Origin: Anthoceros angustus
Taxonomy: Eukaryota; Plantae; Anthocerotophyta
Assembly: GCA_010909165.1 (NCBI GenBank)
Contig: MU008172.1
Span: forward strand, 372,001-436,000
Reading direction: 5' to 3'
Length of the DNA stretch: 64,000 nt
The translations under genes were made by a program, and so were the position numbers. The notes under the pieces are model-generated. The model did no database searches, was not told where the DNA came from, and saw only the letters and a list, made by a program, of their open reading frames with translations. Each line of letters opens with the position of its first letter. Within the stretch, counting starts at the first letter, position 1. Below, piece by piece: positions 36,241 through 50,959 of this stretch.

Positions 36241-37949
36241 CATTTACGCACTTGCTCCTGAGGTTAAGATCCAAGAGACTCTCCTGTTCCCAGCTTGCCA
36301 TGCTCCTCGTGCTTCAGGTCGCCCATCTCAGAGGATGCCGCTTACAAGTGAACCTTGACACTGCCGCCGAAGTTGATGTCGAACCAACTAATAGTTCTGC
36401 CCCCATTGCCACATGGACGCGAAGCCGAGGCAATGGAAAAGCTAACCCAAGTGGTGATTTCGAAGACATGTTTGAGGATAGCCCGTCACCTGACAACCTG
36501 TGCCTTCGGCCGCCCCTTCGCCCCTTGCGCGCAAAAAACCTAGGAGAGAAAAATTTTGACCTCTTTTTCTCGTACTAAGGCTTCGTTTATGCCAAAACCA
36601 ATAGCCGCCGCCAAGCGTGTGGCCGCCTAAGCAAAGGAAAAGCTTAAAGCTCACAAAGGGTGTTTCCCAATTCTTAGCTCTTAGGGTAGATCTATAAGGG
36701 TGATCTAGCTGAATCTTTGCATGTGAAGGCCGGATGGTCTCAAAATAAATTTTGCAAACCCTAAGCCTTACAAAGTTGAGTTGTTCTAAAACGTATGCCA
36801 TTTCAATTGTTCTCTGAGGTTGGTGTGTGCACAAGTTTGCGCACCCACCAAGGCAGTGCGCAACCTTGTGCACACTCCAATGTCAGGCACCTCGCTTTCC
36901 AACAAAAACGACTAAAGTTAATTATAGGTAGACTTGCAATTAAAATACCAGGAAACGGATGGTTACGAACTTCACCACCCGTTATAATTTAAGGCTTTCA
37001 CATTTATATGAGGCACAAAGTGACCGAGAGAACATGCAGGAAGTAAATCCACGAGTTTGAACACATGTTTTGAATTAGTGAACACCCTCCAACAAAGTCA
37101 AAAAAACTTTAAATAGACGTTTTCACCCCAAAAAAAATGGGACTTTAGCCAAATCCCTTTTTGCCTAGAGAAACCCCTTTCTACCCAGATGCCGTTCATG
37201 TTCCTCCTTTTGGCACGCTTTTGACATGTTTTTGAAGTTTCCAATCATGCATCTTCCTCTTGCTCATGTTGTTCTCTTCCGTATGAGGAGTATATTCTTT
37301 TTGGTGAATACACAAGCCATATTTGATTATAAAAGCTCAAATACAACCAAGAGAGAGGCTAGTAGCTTTCAATCATCTTCAATTGAGTTGGCTTGACCTC
37401 AAGAAAACTAACATGTGACAAAACCATTGGCTCTACAATCACTAACCGTTTATAGGCATTGCTCTATCCTTGATTCAAGCAAATCAATAGGTTTGTCCAT
37501 CAAATCATTCTCAATTACGCGCTACAACTACCAATGGTTGCCGACTAACAAATCCCATTAATGTTACGCATAAACTGGTTCATCTCATCAGGCTGCAAAA
37601 TTTGAACTGATAAATAGCCAAAGGCATGGAAATGAGCATGATGTCCAACAGCTTGAATCGCCGCCATCAAACTTTGAACGTTCTCCAAGGGCACATGGTG
37701 AAACACCAAATGAGCAAGCAAAAACCGAGTTTTTTTAATAAAAGCCAAAGGTTTGCAACAACGCTCACCCCTCAAGCTTAAGGATCGCAACACACTCCAT
37801 TCACCAACATGGACACCTCATCACGGGCTAACTCTCGCATTCGAACCAGCAACTCCTTGCCCAAATGAAAGGAGATTTTACCAAAGGGATGCTCCCTAAT
37901 TTGGAGAAGTTGGTCCAACTCTAGCCGAGGCGCATTTAGCTCTGGCAAG

Positions 37950-38019
37950 CTCTGACAATTCAAGACAAAGGCAGCATCTTCCTAAATGAAGATGCTGCCT
38001 TTGTCTTGAATTGTCAGAG
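37950..38019. repeat. Perfect 32-bp inverted repeat with a 6-nt loop
   Basis: ctctgacaattcaagacaaaggcagcatcttc-ctaaat-gaagatgctgcctttgtcttgaattgtcagag. Confidence 0.95.
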
Positions 38020-39998
38020 GCATGACCACGCCCAAAGTCATGGCGGTTCTCCTTTGACATACTCTCTAACGAACTTCCATCACAAGCGGGACACAGATGA
38101 GACGAGTTCAGATCCTCAATCTCTAAGGCATCCTTGGATTTGTCTTGCTATAGCTGCCCAAATGCGGGGGGTCGGTAGGAGCAGCAGCAACCACAAACAT
38201 TTCAGAATCCATCTGTGCCATGGCAGTACAAGGAGTATGATCCAACATTTTACGGGAAAAGAATTCCTTTAGATCATCCTTGGATAAATTTTCAAAATCA
38301 AATTCCATACTCATGATGTCTTCCTCCACATGAAAACTTGACACTTAATCAAAACCTTCAAAAAAAGGATACTGTAAAGCCTGTTCTACTGTTATTCCAT
38401 CTTGGGGTTTATCGGATAGATTAGTGCAGGGGCACGCCCTTCTGGCCTAGTAAAGGCAAGAAGTTGTCTAAGTAAGGACAAAGCAGTACGATCAGCTTTT
38501 ACGATATCTTTTGGAAATGGAACTGAGCATGGAAATGAGCTCATATGATGCCCAATAACTTGAATCGCCGCCATCAAACTTTGAACGTTATGCATGGGCA
38601 CAATGTGAGCCGCCACGCGGGGGGACGAGGGTAGGATTTAACCCCATGAGGCCTGACCCTTTTTCTGGCTTGTATTAGGTGAATAAGCGTTATTTTTGAA
38701 TAACTAATTTCACAAAAATCTGTGCGTGTTGCTCTTACATCCACAAATATCAGCTCACCAAGATCTGCATTCCCATATCTGGTTCGAAAAATAGAAACCA
38801 ACCATCTCTCCACTAATTTCCAACTACCTTGGGCCACATTTGCGATGGCGGAAGCGGTGTGAGCAGTTCCTCTGGTTTTGAACTTCTACTTCGGATTGTT
38901 GAGCAAACTTGTTCGGAGCTGCATCGAATCACGACCCACAAACTGCAAAAAAACGGGTCTGGTTGGAGCTCCTAGGCAAAAATATGGGGGAGGCAGGACT
39001 ACCGTGTTGTACCATTCTGTGTGTGCAAGAACAAGGCCTCATGCCGAGTGGTTGAGGCGAATCTTGAAGCATCTTTCCATGTTTCGGCGTGTAAGCTCAC
39101 GATCCATGGCACTGATTGATTTTTGTCATGTAAAATTTCACATTACCACAAGCCCTCAGCATAGTTTGCTCAAGTGTCCCCTGGCTTAAAGCTCTCAAAA
39201 AGAATTCACGGTCCCTAACGACTGAGATTCAACGACTCAATTTCACTCAGTTCGTCCATGTGGGTTAACCCCAAGTAACCCCGCAAGACTCTTACAACAA
39301 GCGCCTCTTAAGGCCATGAGCTAGTTCAGGTACAAAGTGCGTCTTTCTTCCCACTTCTGCTCCCTTTCTCTCTTGTTGATTTCCAACTGCAAAGCTTTCG
39401 TCTGTGCCTGTTCCATTGCTTGCTCTGCCCGTTGCCTGGCTTTTTCAACTCTGTCATTTGCAGGGCTTCCTGCTTCTCCAATTTCTCCCTCCGCTTCCTA
39501 TACCCTGGCTTCCGTGGCTTTCATCGAAGGACGCTTGACTCTAGAGTTCCAATGAACTTATGTATGTACTCAGGACATGGATGTAACTCCTTGAAGGGAA
39601 CACATTAGGGCCGTTTCACTTGCCGCCCTAATTTGTCTGGGCGACCGTTGTAAATGTGCACGTCCACGCTGGGGTATTTTTCTCCGGACTCCGTCCATTT
39701 GTTATAAGGTCTTGCACCCTGAGGTCTTTGGCCGGTGTTTTGAGACAAAGTTTTGTACTCTGAGCTGGCGCACACGTAGTTCGGGGTTTTGTCGGTCCCC
39801 CAATCACGTGAGCCCTGGTTTGAGAGCCCCCGCCGAGCTTCGCCATTTGAAATGGCCCTTACAATCGAATCCCACCCTACAGCACGGAGGAGCTCACAAG
39901 TGATTGATTCTCAGGACACGGTGACCAGAGTTCCTCCGAAAATGAAGCGGGAATAGCAGGTGCTGGGCAAGCAATTGACAAAACGTCAAGGTAGCAGG

Positions 39999-42900
39999 AT
40001 GGACGACGAGAAGATGGAGAAGATGGTACAGGACTACCTACGGAAAAAGGGGTACAAGAATGCCGAAGTTGCCTTCGAGGAAGAGAAAAATTCACAGCGG
40101 CAGCATTTCAGTCAGACTTCCTCCAATTATGATCTCAGCAATCCTGTGTACTGCTGGTCTCACGATCCTCCCGCTTCCTACAAGGCTACATACGGCAAGC
40201 TTCAGTCTTGGGTGCATTCGTCCCTTGATTTGTACAAGGTTTGTGGGCGTTGACTGAAATCCATGTACAATTAAAAAAAAAGCGCATGAACCGGGAATTC
40301 ATGTCTTCCTGCCTGCCCCTGTACGCAGAACGAGTTGCTGCGGATACTTTATCCAGTGTTTGTGCATTTATTTCTGGACTTAGTGGGCAAGAACTCTTTA
40401 CAGGAAGGTATGGAACTCGCTGGTTTCCCATGGACGTATCACTTATCCAGGTTATGTTATCTGTATCTCAACATTGACAATTCTGCCCTGTGCTTACAGC
40501 TCGGGCATTCTTCCAAAGCTTTCGTGAGGATCACGAGGCGTTACATGTGCATGACTTGATTAAGCTTGAGGGTCTGTCCACCCCTCAGCACCTTGAGGTA
40601 GTTTTAGCACATGATGCAAGCTGGTGGACTGGTAGTGCTACTGCTTGCTAGAGTTTCACTAATAACTAGGTGGTTGTGGTGAAGCAGGAGAGCGAGCTTG
40701 CTTGTTCACTGCGTCAAACAAAGATGGCAGTCACAATGTGTCAGGTGCGGCTTCACTGTTTACACTCTGAAGGAATACCTTCAACTTTGTGTAACAGCTG
40801 GACAACGTGAGGTGGGATAGGTCGTAAACTGGCTTGTGACATGGTTGCAGTATTCGCTGGACCTGCTCATGCAATTTGTACACAGCTCAGACTCCCGTCT
40901 CATCCTTGGGATAATCAACGCACATATTGATATAAAAGGTGAGAGTCACAGCAGAGTGAGACACTTCACTTTTAAGCTCGCCCTTTGTCACCCTAAGAGG
41001 GGCCAGTGTGTGATAAAGAGGAAGTAAATTGCTCTGTCCAGTTGTTCATGGGCAACCGTCCCCCGTAGCAGAAGAGGATGAGGTACAGGGTATTACAGCC
41101 AGCCTGCCATCACACACGTACAACAACCACAAGGAGATCCGCTGGGGGGTAATGACCATGTCTTCTGACGTTGTTTGTCACTGAAGTGTAGACGTTGTTT
41201 GTCACAGATCTACAGCTACTACGCTGTGCAATCCAACCTTATTTTTTGATAGTTCCTTTCCATAGCCGTAGGCGGTAACTCATACAGGAAACCTGCTTCT
41301 CAGATTGTGATCGGTGCTCACATATGATAGCAGAAATTGGAAGACTCATTTGAAGATAAACTTGAAAAGGAGTTGGCGGCTGAGAATGAGAAGGCTGAAG
41401 CAGAGGGCAAAGCAGAAGGTGAGGAAGGAAAGGTGTGTATCTATCCTTCCCTGGCTGGGTTGGTTGTGGAGAGCTTCAGCAGAAGGATTTTTGAAAGCTA
41501 TGTCCGTTTTGTAGGCCATGGAACCTTATCTGTATCTGATGTTGAAAGGCACGGTGTATGTCCTCCTGCAGAAAAGGGCAGGAGAAGGGAAGGCAGGAGG
41601 GGCTAGTAAAAAATCCAAAAAAGCTTCAGGTGCAGGGAGGGGCGCGAAACAAGATCCAAATGTTGCAGCTACTGCCCCTCGTGTGAAGTCAGAATTGACA
41701 ATGCCTGATGTGTATGTGTCAGTACAAGTGCTTCCCTTAGTTCTGTGGTTGGTGGCCTGATGACGTCGTTTTGCAAATTTGCTGTCTCAAAACGTAACGT
41801 TATGTGTCAATAGGGATGAAGAGACTGAACAGAAAATTTTGGAGGATCTTCGAAACCGTGCCAAGCTGAGCAGTGCTGCCCTTCCATCAGTGAGCTTCTA
41901 TTCGTTTATCAACACACATAACAGGTCTAGTTACTTGATCGCGTCCTTCTACTGTCTCACACTCTTTGTCACTACACCATTGTGATTGAGTATGAGGGTT
42001 GTTAACTTGACAGTTTCTTTTCAGCCTGAACTGCGCAACTGTGTCAGCAGACGGCGCTATTGTAGCTGGAGGTTTTTCTGATTCATCTGTGAAGGTGGCC
42101 TGATTCATCTGCTCATGGTCCTCCTGGTTTCTGAATGTCTTCATTATTGTTTACCGGAAAGAGCCCTATGGCTTAAAGATCGCAATGCATTTGTTGTGGA
42201 AGCCTAACCATATGTGGATCTCTGATGTACTTAAAGCTAAGAATTGATAATGCAGGTGTGGGACATGGTTAAGATTGGGGAGCAACAAGAGCATCAAGAG
42301 AATGGTTGGTGGTCTACGATATTTTTTTCTAATTTTATGGGGTTCCTTCTGAGGTGGATGTATGAAGTTTGTGTTGTATTTTTCCGTGGAGCAAACTCTG
42401 CACTACGACAGTCTTCTGAACTGAGTGGTTGTTTCTTTTGTGCATGTCTCCGCAGGTGTTGCAAATGGCAATGGAACGAGTGAGGGAAAGGCAGCCCTAG
42501 TGGACTCAAAGGCAGCTTACACTCTCCTAAGTGGGCATGCAGGGCCAATTTATGCAGTTGATTTCAGCATGGATGGAACCTGTCTTCTTTCGGCATCAGG
42601 AGATGCTACTGGTGCTTCACCTGCCTGGACGGTTTCTCTTGTGCAGAGATTCCACTATCTTGTCTTTAGTTTCTTGCCCTGATATATTCGTCTTGTGCCC
42701 TTATGGATGCTGCGCTGAGCACAAGGTGTCGTAAGCCGTTAACTAACATTTAGCTTTGCTGGGATTCACAGTTCGACTATGGAGCCTGACTTTCAATGCC
42801 GATCTGGTCGCCTACAAAGGTCACAACTATCCTGTATGGGATGTCAAGGTGCAAATCTACCAGTGTTCACGCTGCAGCTATCGTGGGCTTTTCAAGAAAC

Positions 42901-43920
42901 CTATCCCTTGGCAGGGCTGACAGAATGGTTCTTATTTGTCTTCAGTACTGTCCGATGGGACATTATTTTGCGAGCGCGTCTTATGACAGAACTGCCAGAA
43001 TATGGTCAACCGAAAGGAGTCAGCCTCTCAGGATCATGGCAGGACACCTCTCAGATGTAGATGTACGTGAAGTTCCAACCAAGTGACTTGAGGCCATGAG
43101 ATGAATCACGATCTGTATGCGTGAACATGGAGTGATGAGGTGTGATGCATGACACTTGTGCAGTGCGTACAATGGCATGTAAATTGCAACTACATAGCCA
43201 CTGGTTCCAGTGACAAGACTGTGCGACTGTGGGATGTTCAAACCGGAGAGTGTATGCGGCTCTTCACCGGTCACCGGGGGATGGTTCTGTCTCTTGCCAT
43301 GTCGCCAGACGGACGTTACATGGCTTCGGGGGATGAGGATGGAGCTATAATGATGTGGGATCTGGGAACAGGCCGTTGTGTCACACCTATGCTGGGCCAC
43401 AGAGGATGTGTTTGGTCCCTTGCTTTCAGGTTCGCGGAGGCTCTGGTTTAATAAGCACAGTGATGTAAAGTCAGAGAGAGGGTTCTGGTTGTTTTCAAGG
43501 CTGTGGTGGTAACCTGATGATTGTGATGCAGTGGTGAAGGGACACTTCTGGCATCTGGTTCAGCAGACAACACCGTCAGGCTCTGGGACGTCAATGCAAG
43601 CAACAAAGTGGCGTCACGAAGCGACGATAAGTACGTATATGTTTGCGCTAACGAAGTTGTTATCAGCAATAACAGCCTGTCAACTCATGCTACTTACTGC
43701 AATGCAGGAGCACAGTACGGCGTCTAAGGCTCCTAAAAACCTTTCCGACCAAGGCAACTCCTGTGTACAGTCTGAAGGTACTCCACGCTGTCCCGCTATG
43801 GTGGGTCGGGATATTGTGCTCTCACTCTTGCTTGATGCTGCTGTATCGGCTTTACGTGTGCAGTTCTCAAGGCGCAACCTCTTACTCGCGGCTGGTGCCT
43901 TCAGTCCAATCAAAGCGTAG
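39999..43920 (+). CDS. TAF5: TFIID subunit 5 (LisH, NTD2, WD40 repeats), multi-exon
   Basis: [117 protein letters not shown]. Confidence 0.95.
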
Positions 43921-44519
43921 ATGGGTATCCGATAGTCTGGTCCAACCTCTTACTCGCGGCTGTTACCTTCAGTTCAATCAAAGCTGCTTAGACTGGGTCG
44001 GTAGTCCGGCCCACGTTCGCGGAATGGAATGTGTCCGAACATGCGGTCTTGTCATATTTTGCGTCTATGAAAAGGTCCTTGAGCACAAGCAGACGGCCTG
44101 CTTCCGGGAACATCACTTGGCCTTTCCATCCTGCTCCATCTTGCCTCATGCTCTCGCTTTGCATTTCGGGCCCGGGCAGGCGGGCGGCCCCAAGTGTTGT
44201 GACGCTGTACCACGTTCTCTTCCTCCCAATTCGCGCAGGGGGAGCACCTCGAATTTCACATGCCCACGAACCGTGTGCGCCAGCCACGAGCGGGAAACGC
44301 GCTCGCCATCTCCTCTCAGGCTGCCCGTGCGCACCACATATTTGCTCCAAGTTGCTAGGATCCAGCATATCTCACACCCATAGCTCAGGCCAATTCATAC
44401 GCTCGTTTGGGCAATGACTTCTCGCAATTCTGAGCTCCGCGTGGATCTGTTGCAGGGGATCTAATTTGCAGAATCTGGTACCGGTTTGCATGTAACAGAG
44501 GCGACATTCTGCCCGCGGA

Positions 44520-47500
44520 ATGTCGTGGGGACTCGGGAGTTGGAAGAGGCAAGGGGACGCGTTCCACCTAACCCTGGGCTATGGCCAGCAGCAACCAATT
44601 GTCGATTCTTCCCCGAAATCTGTCAAAGATGGGTTGGTTCTCAAGCTGGGAGACCCCAAGCCACCTGCTGGAGCTGCGCCGGATCTGGCATCCGGTTGCA
44701 GGTATCGGGTGCAACTGGATTGGTCAGCGGGTGACGATGAGGACCAAGTTGTCCTCAAACTTCAGTCTCAGCTGATGGTTACTTTGCCGGCACCACACGA
44801 CGAAGTTAAAGTACATCTAGTGGTGAATGAGGGAGAACAGCCCCCTCTTATCGACGGACTTCTTGCAGATGATGACGCTCGCCAGAATGACTTGCATCAG
44901 ACTGTGGCTGTGGTTCTTCAAGTCTACAAGCGGAGAGAGTCGCTCAGAGTGGTGTCCATGTCCAGGACACCGGGTTCTGGACCTGTCTCCGATGGATTGG
45001 GAGTTGTGGCAAGAATACTGGACCCTGGGGCCCTGGAAAAACTTGCTCTTGGAGGCGTTACTGAAGAATTGCTGGGTTCCACCCAGCATTGGCGCTCAGT
45101 CACAACCCTCAACTTGTCCACTTGCGCTCTCGCTGTAAGTCTGCCACTGGCCAATTCCTCGCTGTCCTGTTTACTAGGCTTTGAAATCAGTCATTTCTAA
45201 TTATCTGCAACCGTCGCGTGTGCAGGCATTGCCTGCAGAGCTTATGCGCCTGCCCATGCTTGAAGAGCTCTATCTTGACAACAACAAACTGACTATGCTG
45301 CCTCAAGAAGTAGGCCAGCTTACACGTTTACGAGTGCTTCGAGTCGATCAAAATCTGCTCATCTCTCTTCCCGGTGAGTGCTTGAACCTGGAATTGGCAT
45401 GCGGCGCTGTCTCACCACTTTGATCTTGTATGAGCTTTCATGTGTTCCACTTCAAGACGATGGCTCTTGTTCTGTGCTGGCCATATATGCAGCGGAACTG
45501 CACAAGTGTGTAGGATTAGTGGAGTTGTCCTTGGAGCAAAATAAGTTAGTCAGACCGCTGCTGGATTTCAGGTGATGCCTTGGCTCGTAAGCTTCCCTAG
45601 CCGGAGAAACTGTCATTAGTTTTGTCGTCCAGCCACAACTTAGCCCTTCAAGTTTTGTGCATCATGATCGTTGAAAGGGAAGCTAACCGACCGTTCTTGT
45701 ACTGTTTTCAAGCAGGGCAATGGTGAAATTAAGAGAACTGCGACTCTTTGGCAATCCTGTAGAATACCTTCCTGAGATTCTTCCTTGTACTAAACTACGT
45801 TATCTCTCATTGGCTAATGTACGGATTGAAGGTGACGAGTCCCTTTCACACGTCGATGTCAGCATCGAGGTGAGCTTGGTTGGGCTGATTTCTTGTCAAT
45901 GTGCTTCATGTGAATGTTCTGACAGGTTCGACTGTCTTTTTGTGGTGTGCTCTGTAGGCTGAAACCGCCTCATATTTTGCTGCTTCAAAGCACAAGCTCA
46001 GTGCTTTCTTCTCCCTAATATTCCGATTTTCTTCTTGCCAACATCCTCTGCTGGCATCTGCTCTCGCAAATATTGCCCAAGATAATAGCAACCGAGCTGC
46101 CATTGGGAAGGACGAGAGTGCTGTTAGACAACTCCTTAGCATGATGCTGAGTGAAAATCGGCATGTGGTGAGTGCAAAAATTGTGGTCGATGTGCAGAAA
46201 TGGCCAACGCCATCTCTCTGGCCTATGTAGAGTCTACAGGAATACTGCATTTGTGTCAAGCTGGCTATACATGTGATTCCAACCCTTACTTTTTGATTGG
46301 GCAGGTTGAGCAAGCATGCCTTGCATTATCATCGTTGGCTGCGGACCCATCACTTGTACTGCGGTTAATGAGGGCTGATGTGATCCAAGCCATAGAGCAA
46401 GTTTTAAGATCAACGATACCGGAGCTACTTATGTCTGTGCTTCCAGTCATTGCCAATCTGGCGTTTACTTCTGATGCAGTTGCTTCAAAAGTGCTGACAA
46501 AGGAGATTTTCAGGCGTCTGAAATTACTGTGCGCTCACAGCCACAGCGAGGTCTGTCTGTTTCTTGTATGCTTGGTCATGTTTGGAAAAGCAATACTGAT
46601 TGCCGGCACACTGGGTAAAATTTCAGTCCTCAAATGGATATCCTGAATGCTGTTATTCATACCTTTTCTAGAGGAACAGGTGCAAAGAAGAGCACTTTTG
46701 GCAGTTGGTAACTTAGCATTTTGTTTGGACACTCGCCGCCAACTGCTTGCATCTGACAGTCTCCGTGAGCTGCTTCTTCGGCTTTCAGCAGCGCCGAATG
46801 AACGTATCTGTAAAGCAGCAGTACGCGTTCTGGCCATTCTTGGTACTTGACACACTGAACGTCTGTCTGAAAGTTTGCTGTTCACTGTATATTGAAATAT
46901 TGTCTGAGTATCAAGCGCATTTTACCTCAGGCGAGAATGAATACCTGCGGCGGGCTGTTAAAGCACGGCCTCTGCCCAAGAGAGGATTGCGTATTCTGTC
47001 AATGGATGGAGGAGGCATGCGGGGGCTGGCAACTGTGCAAATGCTGAGGAGAATAGAAAAAGGGACAGGAAAGAAAATTCATGAGCTATTTGACTTGATC
47101 TGTGGCACATCAACTGGTGGGATGCTTTCTGTGGCTCTGGGCATAAAACATTTGAGCCTTGACCATTGTGAGGAGATCTACAAGAATTTAGGTTCTTTAC
47201 CAAACTCTACATTACCAGGTTATGGTAGTAGCTGACTTTTATGAATGTGAATGTTGAGCTCCAAAATTTGTGTTTGGATTAGGAGACCTACAGCAGCCTT
47301 GTTTGTGTGAACAGGAAAACTGGTTTTTGCTGTGCCAATCCCTAAGGACAACGAAGCAGCATCCTGGAGGGAGAAAATAGACCAGCTTTATAAAAGTTCA
47401 TCCCAACAATTCCGTGTGGTTGTCCACGGCTCAAAGGTGGATTTCAAGATAGGGTTGTCAGTGTTGCAAATGTCATACGCGCGCGTACCTGATCTGACAT

Positions 47501-50500
47501 GTTTTATGGATGTAGCATAATGCAGATGAATTTGAACGACTGCTGAAGGAGATGTGTGCGGACGATGATGGGAATCTCCTGATAGAGTCTGCTGTAAAGG
47601 GTGTCCCCAAAGTTTTTGTTGTGGCAACCTTAGTCAGTGTCACCCCTGCTCAACCGTTTGTGTTCAGGAATTATCAGGTATACCGCAAAAGTCAAGTGTA
47701 TTCTGGAGCACATTGCTTCTCAGCTTTCCTCTTTTTCTCTTAACTCATAACGTTCTTTCCATATTGCAGTACCCACCAGGAACATCAGAGACATCATATT
47801 GGACAACTGACGGACCAGCTTTAGGAACAGCAACTTCTACAGTTCCTTTGACTACGCGGCGTACTGCATTCTTTGGGAGTTGCAAGCATCATGTGTGGGA
47901 GGCCATCAGAGCTTCGTCAGCAGCTCCTTACTATTTGGATGATTTCGGCGATGGTAGTGCCATGGACACATCTCTCATATGCTCTAGTGCAGTATGCAGA
48001 ACAGTAGTTTTCTTGGCAGCTGCACATGCTCACTACACGTGTCGCAGAGACCAATCGCTGGCAAGATGGAGCTATCGTTGCGAACAACCCAGCAATCATT
48101 GCCATTCGTGAAGCTCAACTTTTGTGGCCAGATATACCTATAGCTTGTTTGGTTTCCATAGGCTGTGGTAATCTTCCTGTGAAGGTACATTATTGATTTG
48201 TCAAGGTTAAGAGTGGAATTTGTTATGAATGGTGGGAAACACCTTAGTTGGTGCTGATTGTGTTTTGGCTGTAATCCTGAAGACCCGTGGCAAAGGAGGA
48301 TGGCGTTACATTGATACGGGACAGGTCCTGATTGAGAGTGCATGTTCTGTTGAGCGAGCAGAAGAAGCACTGGACACACTGCTCACCCTTCTTCCCAATA
48401 TACAGTATTTTCGCTTCAATCCAGGTGCACCCCTCCAGCTTTCCGCCACACCTTGCCACATTATATCAGTTTACCCAGCTTATGATAGCATTGACACATC
48501 TTAGTCTGCAAAACTGGAAGTCGTGAATAGTGAGCAGACCATGCATAGGGGTGGCGCTGGTATTTACTTTTTGTGGAGAACAGTGGGCCCTGTTTTCTGA
48601 GATGGGCACTTGCACTTCACAGTGGATGACAGATGTGGAATGGAGCTTGATGAGACTGATCCAATTGAGTGGGTTAAGCTTGAAGCTGCCACACAAGAAT
48701 ATGTGGAGGCTAACAGCAAAGCTTTTGAAGAGGCCTGCAACTGCTTGGTACCCCCAGTATCAGAAGACCAGAGTCTGCCTGAGAGATTTCGAAACAGCCT
48801 CGGAGTAGTGTCATCGCTGAATGGACGAGGTCAACATGTTTTGAGATTTTTGTGCCCCTTTCAAACAATTTGCACTTTGTCATGTGAAGCTGTGTCCAAC
48901 TGACAATCAATTATGTGGTATAGGTTGGGATGAGACAGGTCCCGGGCTAGGTTGGAGACGCAGAGTGCTGATGGCTGAAGCAATTCGATGCCCGGAACTT
49001 GCAAATCCAACACCACATACACGGTACCTGGAAAGCTTTTGTTCACGCCAAAACATAAAGCTTGAGCTTTTCAACAGTGTTCCAGCAGCCTCAAAGGTGC
49101 CTGGTCCTGTTCGGACACCCTTTACATCTCCTCCCTTCATGGGTAGTCTGTCTGTTAGTCCTCATGTTTTCAGTCCTGATTTGAGTGCGCATCCATTGGG
49201 TCGGCTGGAAGTTCCTCATCTGAGCCTAGATGGAAGTTCAACAACGAGAGCAGCTAACTCACCACCTGGGTCCCCTCCCCTGGGTCCACACCAACTTAGT
49301 GGACCTTTGTTGGCAATTCATGAAAAGCTACTCAGCTCACCACAAGTCGGCATAGTGCATTTGGCCCTCCATAGCGAATATGAGGGGCTTGTACTGAGGT
49401 AAGTTCTAGTTAGATGCTTTGTTCACTTGCTTGGCGGCCAGCTTTCTAGTGGTCTAATCGTGGAAGTTGACCTTGTATGGAACAGCTGGAAGACAGACCA
49501 CATTGCTGTGGCGGATCCTGGGGAGACATCGGAAGGATTTTTGCAAAGTGTTGTTACAAGCATCAGGCAGTCTGCTGAACGAAACCGGAGAAAAGGGAGT
49601 ACGCCAGTTCTCAACATTTCAAGTCTTGCCAATCTTGTAACAGAATACCCTTCATTTATGCTGGCAGGGGCCCTGCATCGATTTACTGGCCGCCATACCC
49701 AGGTTTGTAGATTTGTTTGCTTGTAAATCGCTTAAAAGAAACTGTTCGTTGTCGGTGAATGTATCCTGTAGTCTTACGTTGGTTCTGATTTAAGTCGTAT
49801 TTTCCACTTGTCTACGCAGGTACTTGCAGATGGACAGGAAGTTGGAGCCTACTTGTTCCAGCGAACAAGGCCAGCATCGTATCTATCGGCGGAAGATGTA
49901 CACATGATGGTATGACATGCTGATGTTGCATAAGTTGCATGCTCAAAACATACAATTGTTAGACGTCTCATTCTGCTTGTGAATTGTAGTGAAGTCTCAT
50001 GATGCGCACGAACTTTCGACATCAGGCAACTTGAGCTGATTCGTTTTTCACCAGGATGGCTCCGGCATTCGTATGGTGCTTGATGCTTTTGTGTTTTTTC
50101 TTTTCTACAGGTTGGTGATTGGCGTGGTCGAATAGTCATTTGCAGTGGGTCGTATGGTCCTCCTGCATCATTGGTAAAAGCATTTTTGGACGTTGGAGCC
50201 AAAGCGGTGATTGCTCCGGACACAGAGCCAACTGATATGAGTGCGAAAGGGGAGACCGCAACTGGTTCAAGGGATGGTACAGATAATGAGTTTGCGCGTT
50301 TTGTAATAGAGGACGAGGAGATCGATGAGGAGATCACTCCAGGCAGTCCCTGCAGTGACTGGGAAGATGAGGAGCGGCTACTCAAAACGGATGAATCCGA
50401 GGAGAAGGATCTTGCTGCCTTTCTTGGTGTTTTCTATGATGCGCTGTTCAGGGAAGGTGTTGGAGCCGAGGTCGCGCTTAAGCGGGCCCTCGATGTTCAG

Positions 50501-50539
50501 CCCCAGCGATCATACGCCTGTCATTTGCCAACCAGGTAA
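44520..50539 (+). CDS. Phospholipase A I (pPLA-I type: LRR, ARM and patatin domains), multi-exon
   Basis: MSWGLGSWKR; LRRs (LEELYLDNNKLTMLP); ARM repeats; RILSMDGGGMRG, GTSTG nucleophile, ASSAAPYY, WQDGAIVANNP, YFRFNP. Confidence 0.95.
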
Positions 50540-50959
50540 CTGTGTCGCCGCAAACAAACCGACTTCAGCTTTGGGTCCAGGAAAAGGTGGCTGCATTGTC
50601 TAATGGATGCAATGCGTAAGCATTGTATTGTAACACTGCAAGTATCCATTGCACCAGAAGGAGAAAACAGTATTTGTGAAGAGTTTCTGGAAACCTCCCT
50701 TTGCCATGTAACCTGAGCAACGCGAGCTGCGAATACCGCAGTGCCCAGAACCACAAGTAAGCTTGGTCTTCAGATGGACAAGTTGATTGAAGGTTTGTCG
50801 ACATGGGGTCCTTTTAGTCCCCCTTCGACTCGTGCTTAGGCACAATGGAAATGCCTCGCACGATACTCTATTGGAGGCTTTCGTGCGATTTTTGCTAGTC
50901 TTCGCTTCTAAAATACAAGTGGTAACCCCGTAGGAAGCGGGCACTTAGCTAAGCAACAC

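Noticed and set aside
43763-44417. Overlapping ORFs between TAF5 and PLA-I
   Set aside because: No motifs; GC-rich UTR/promoter region
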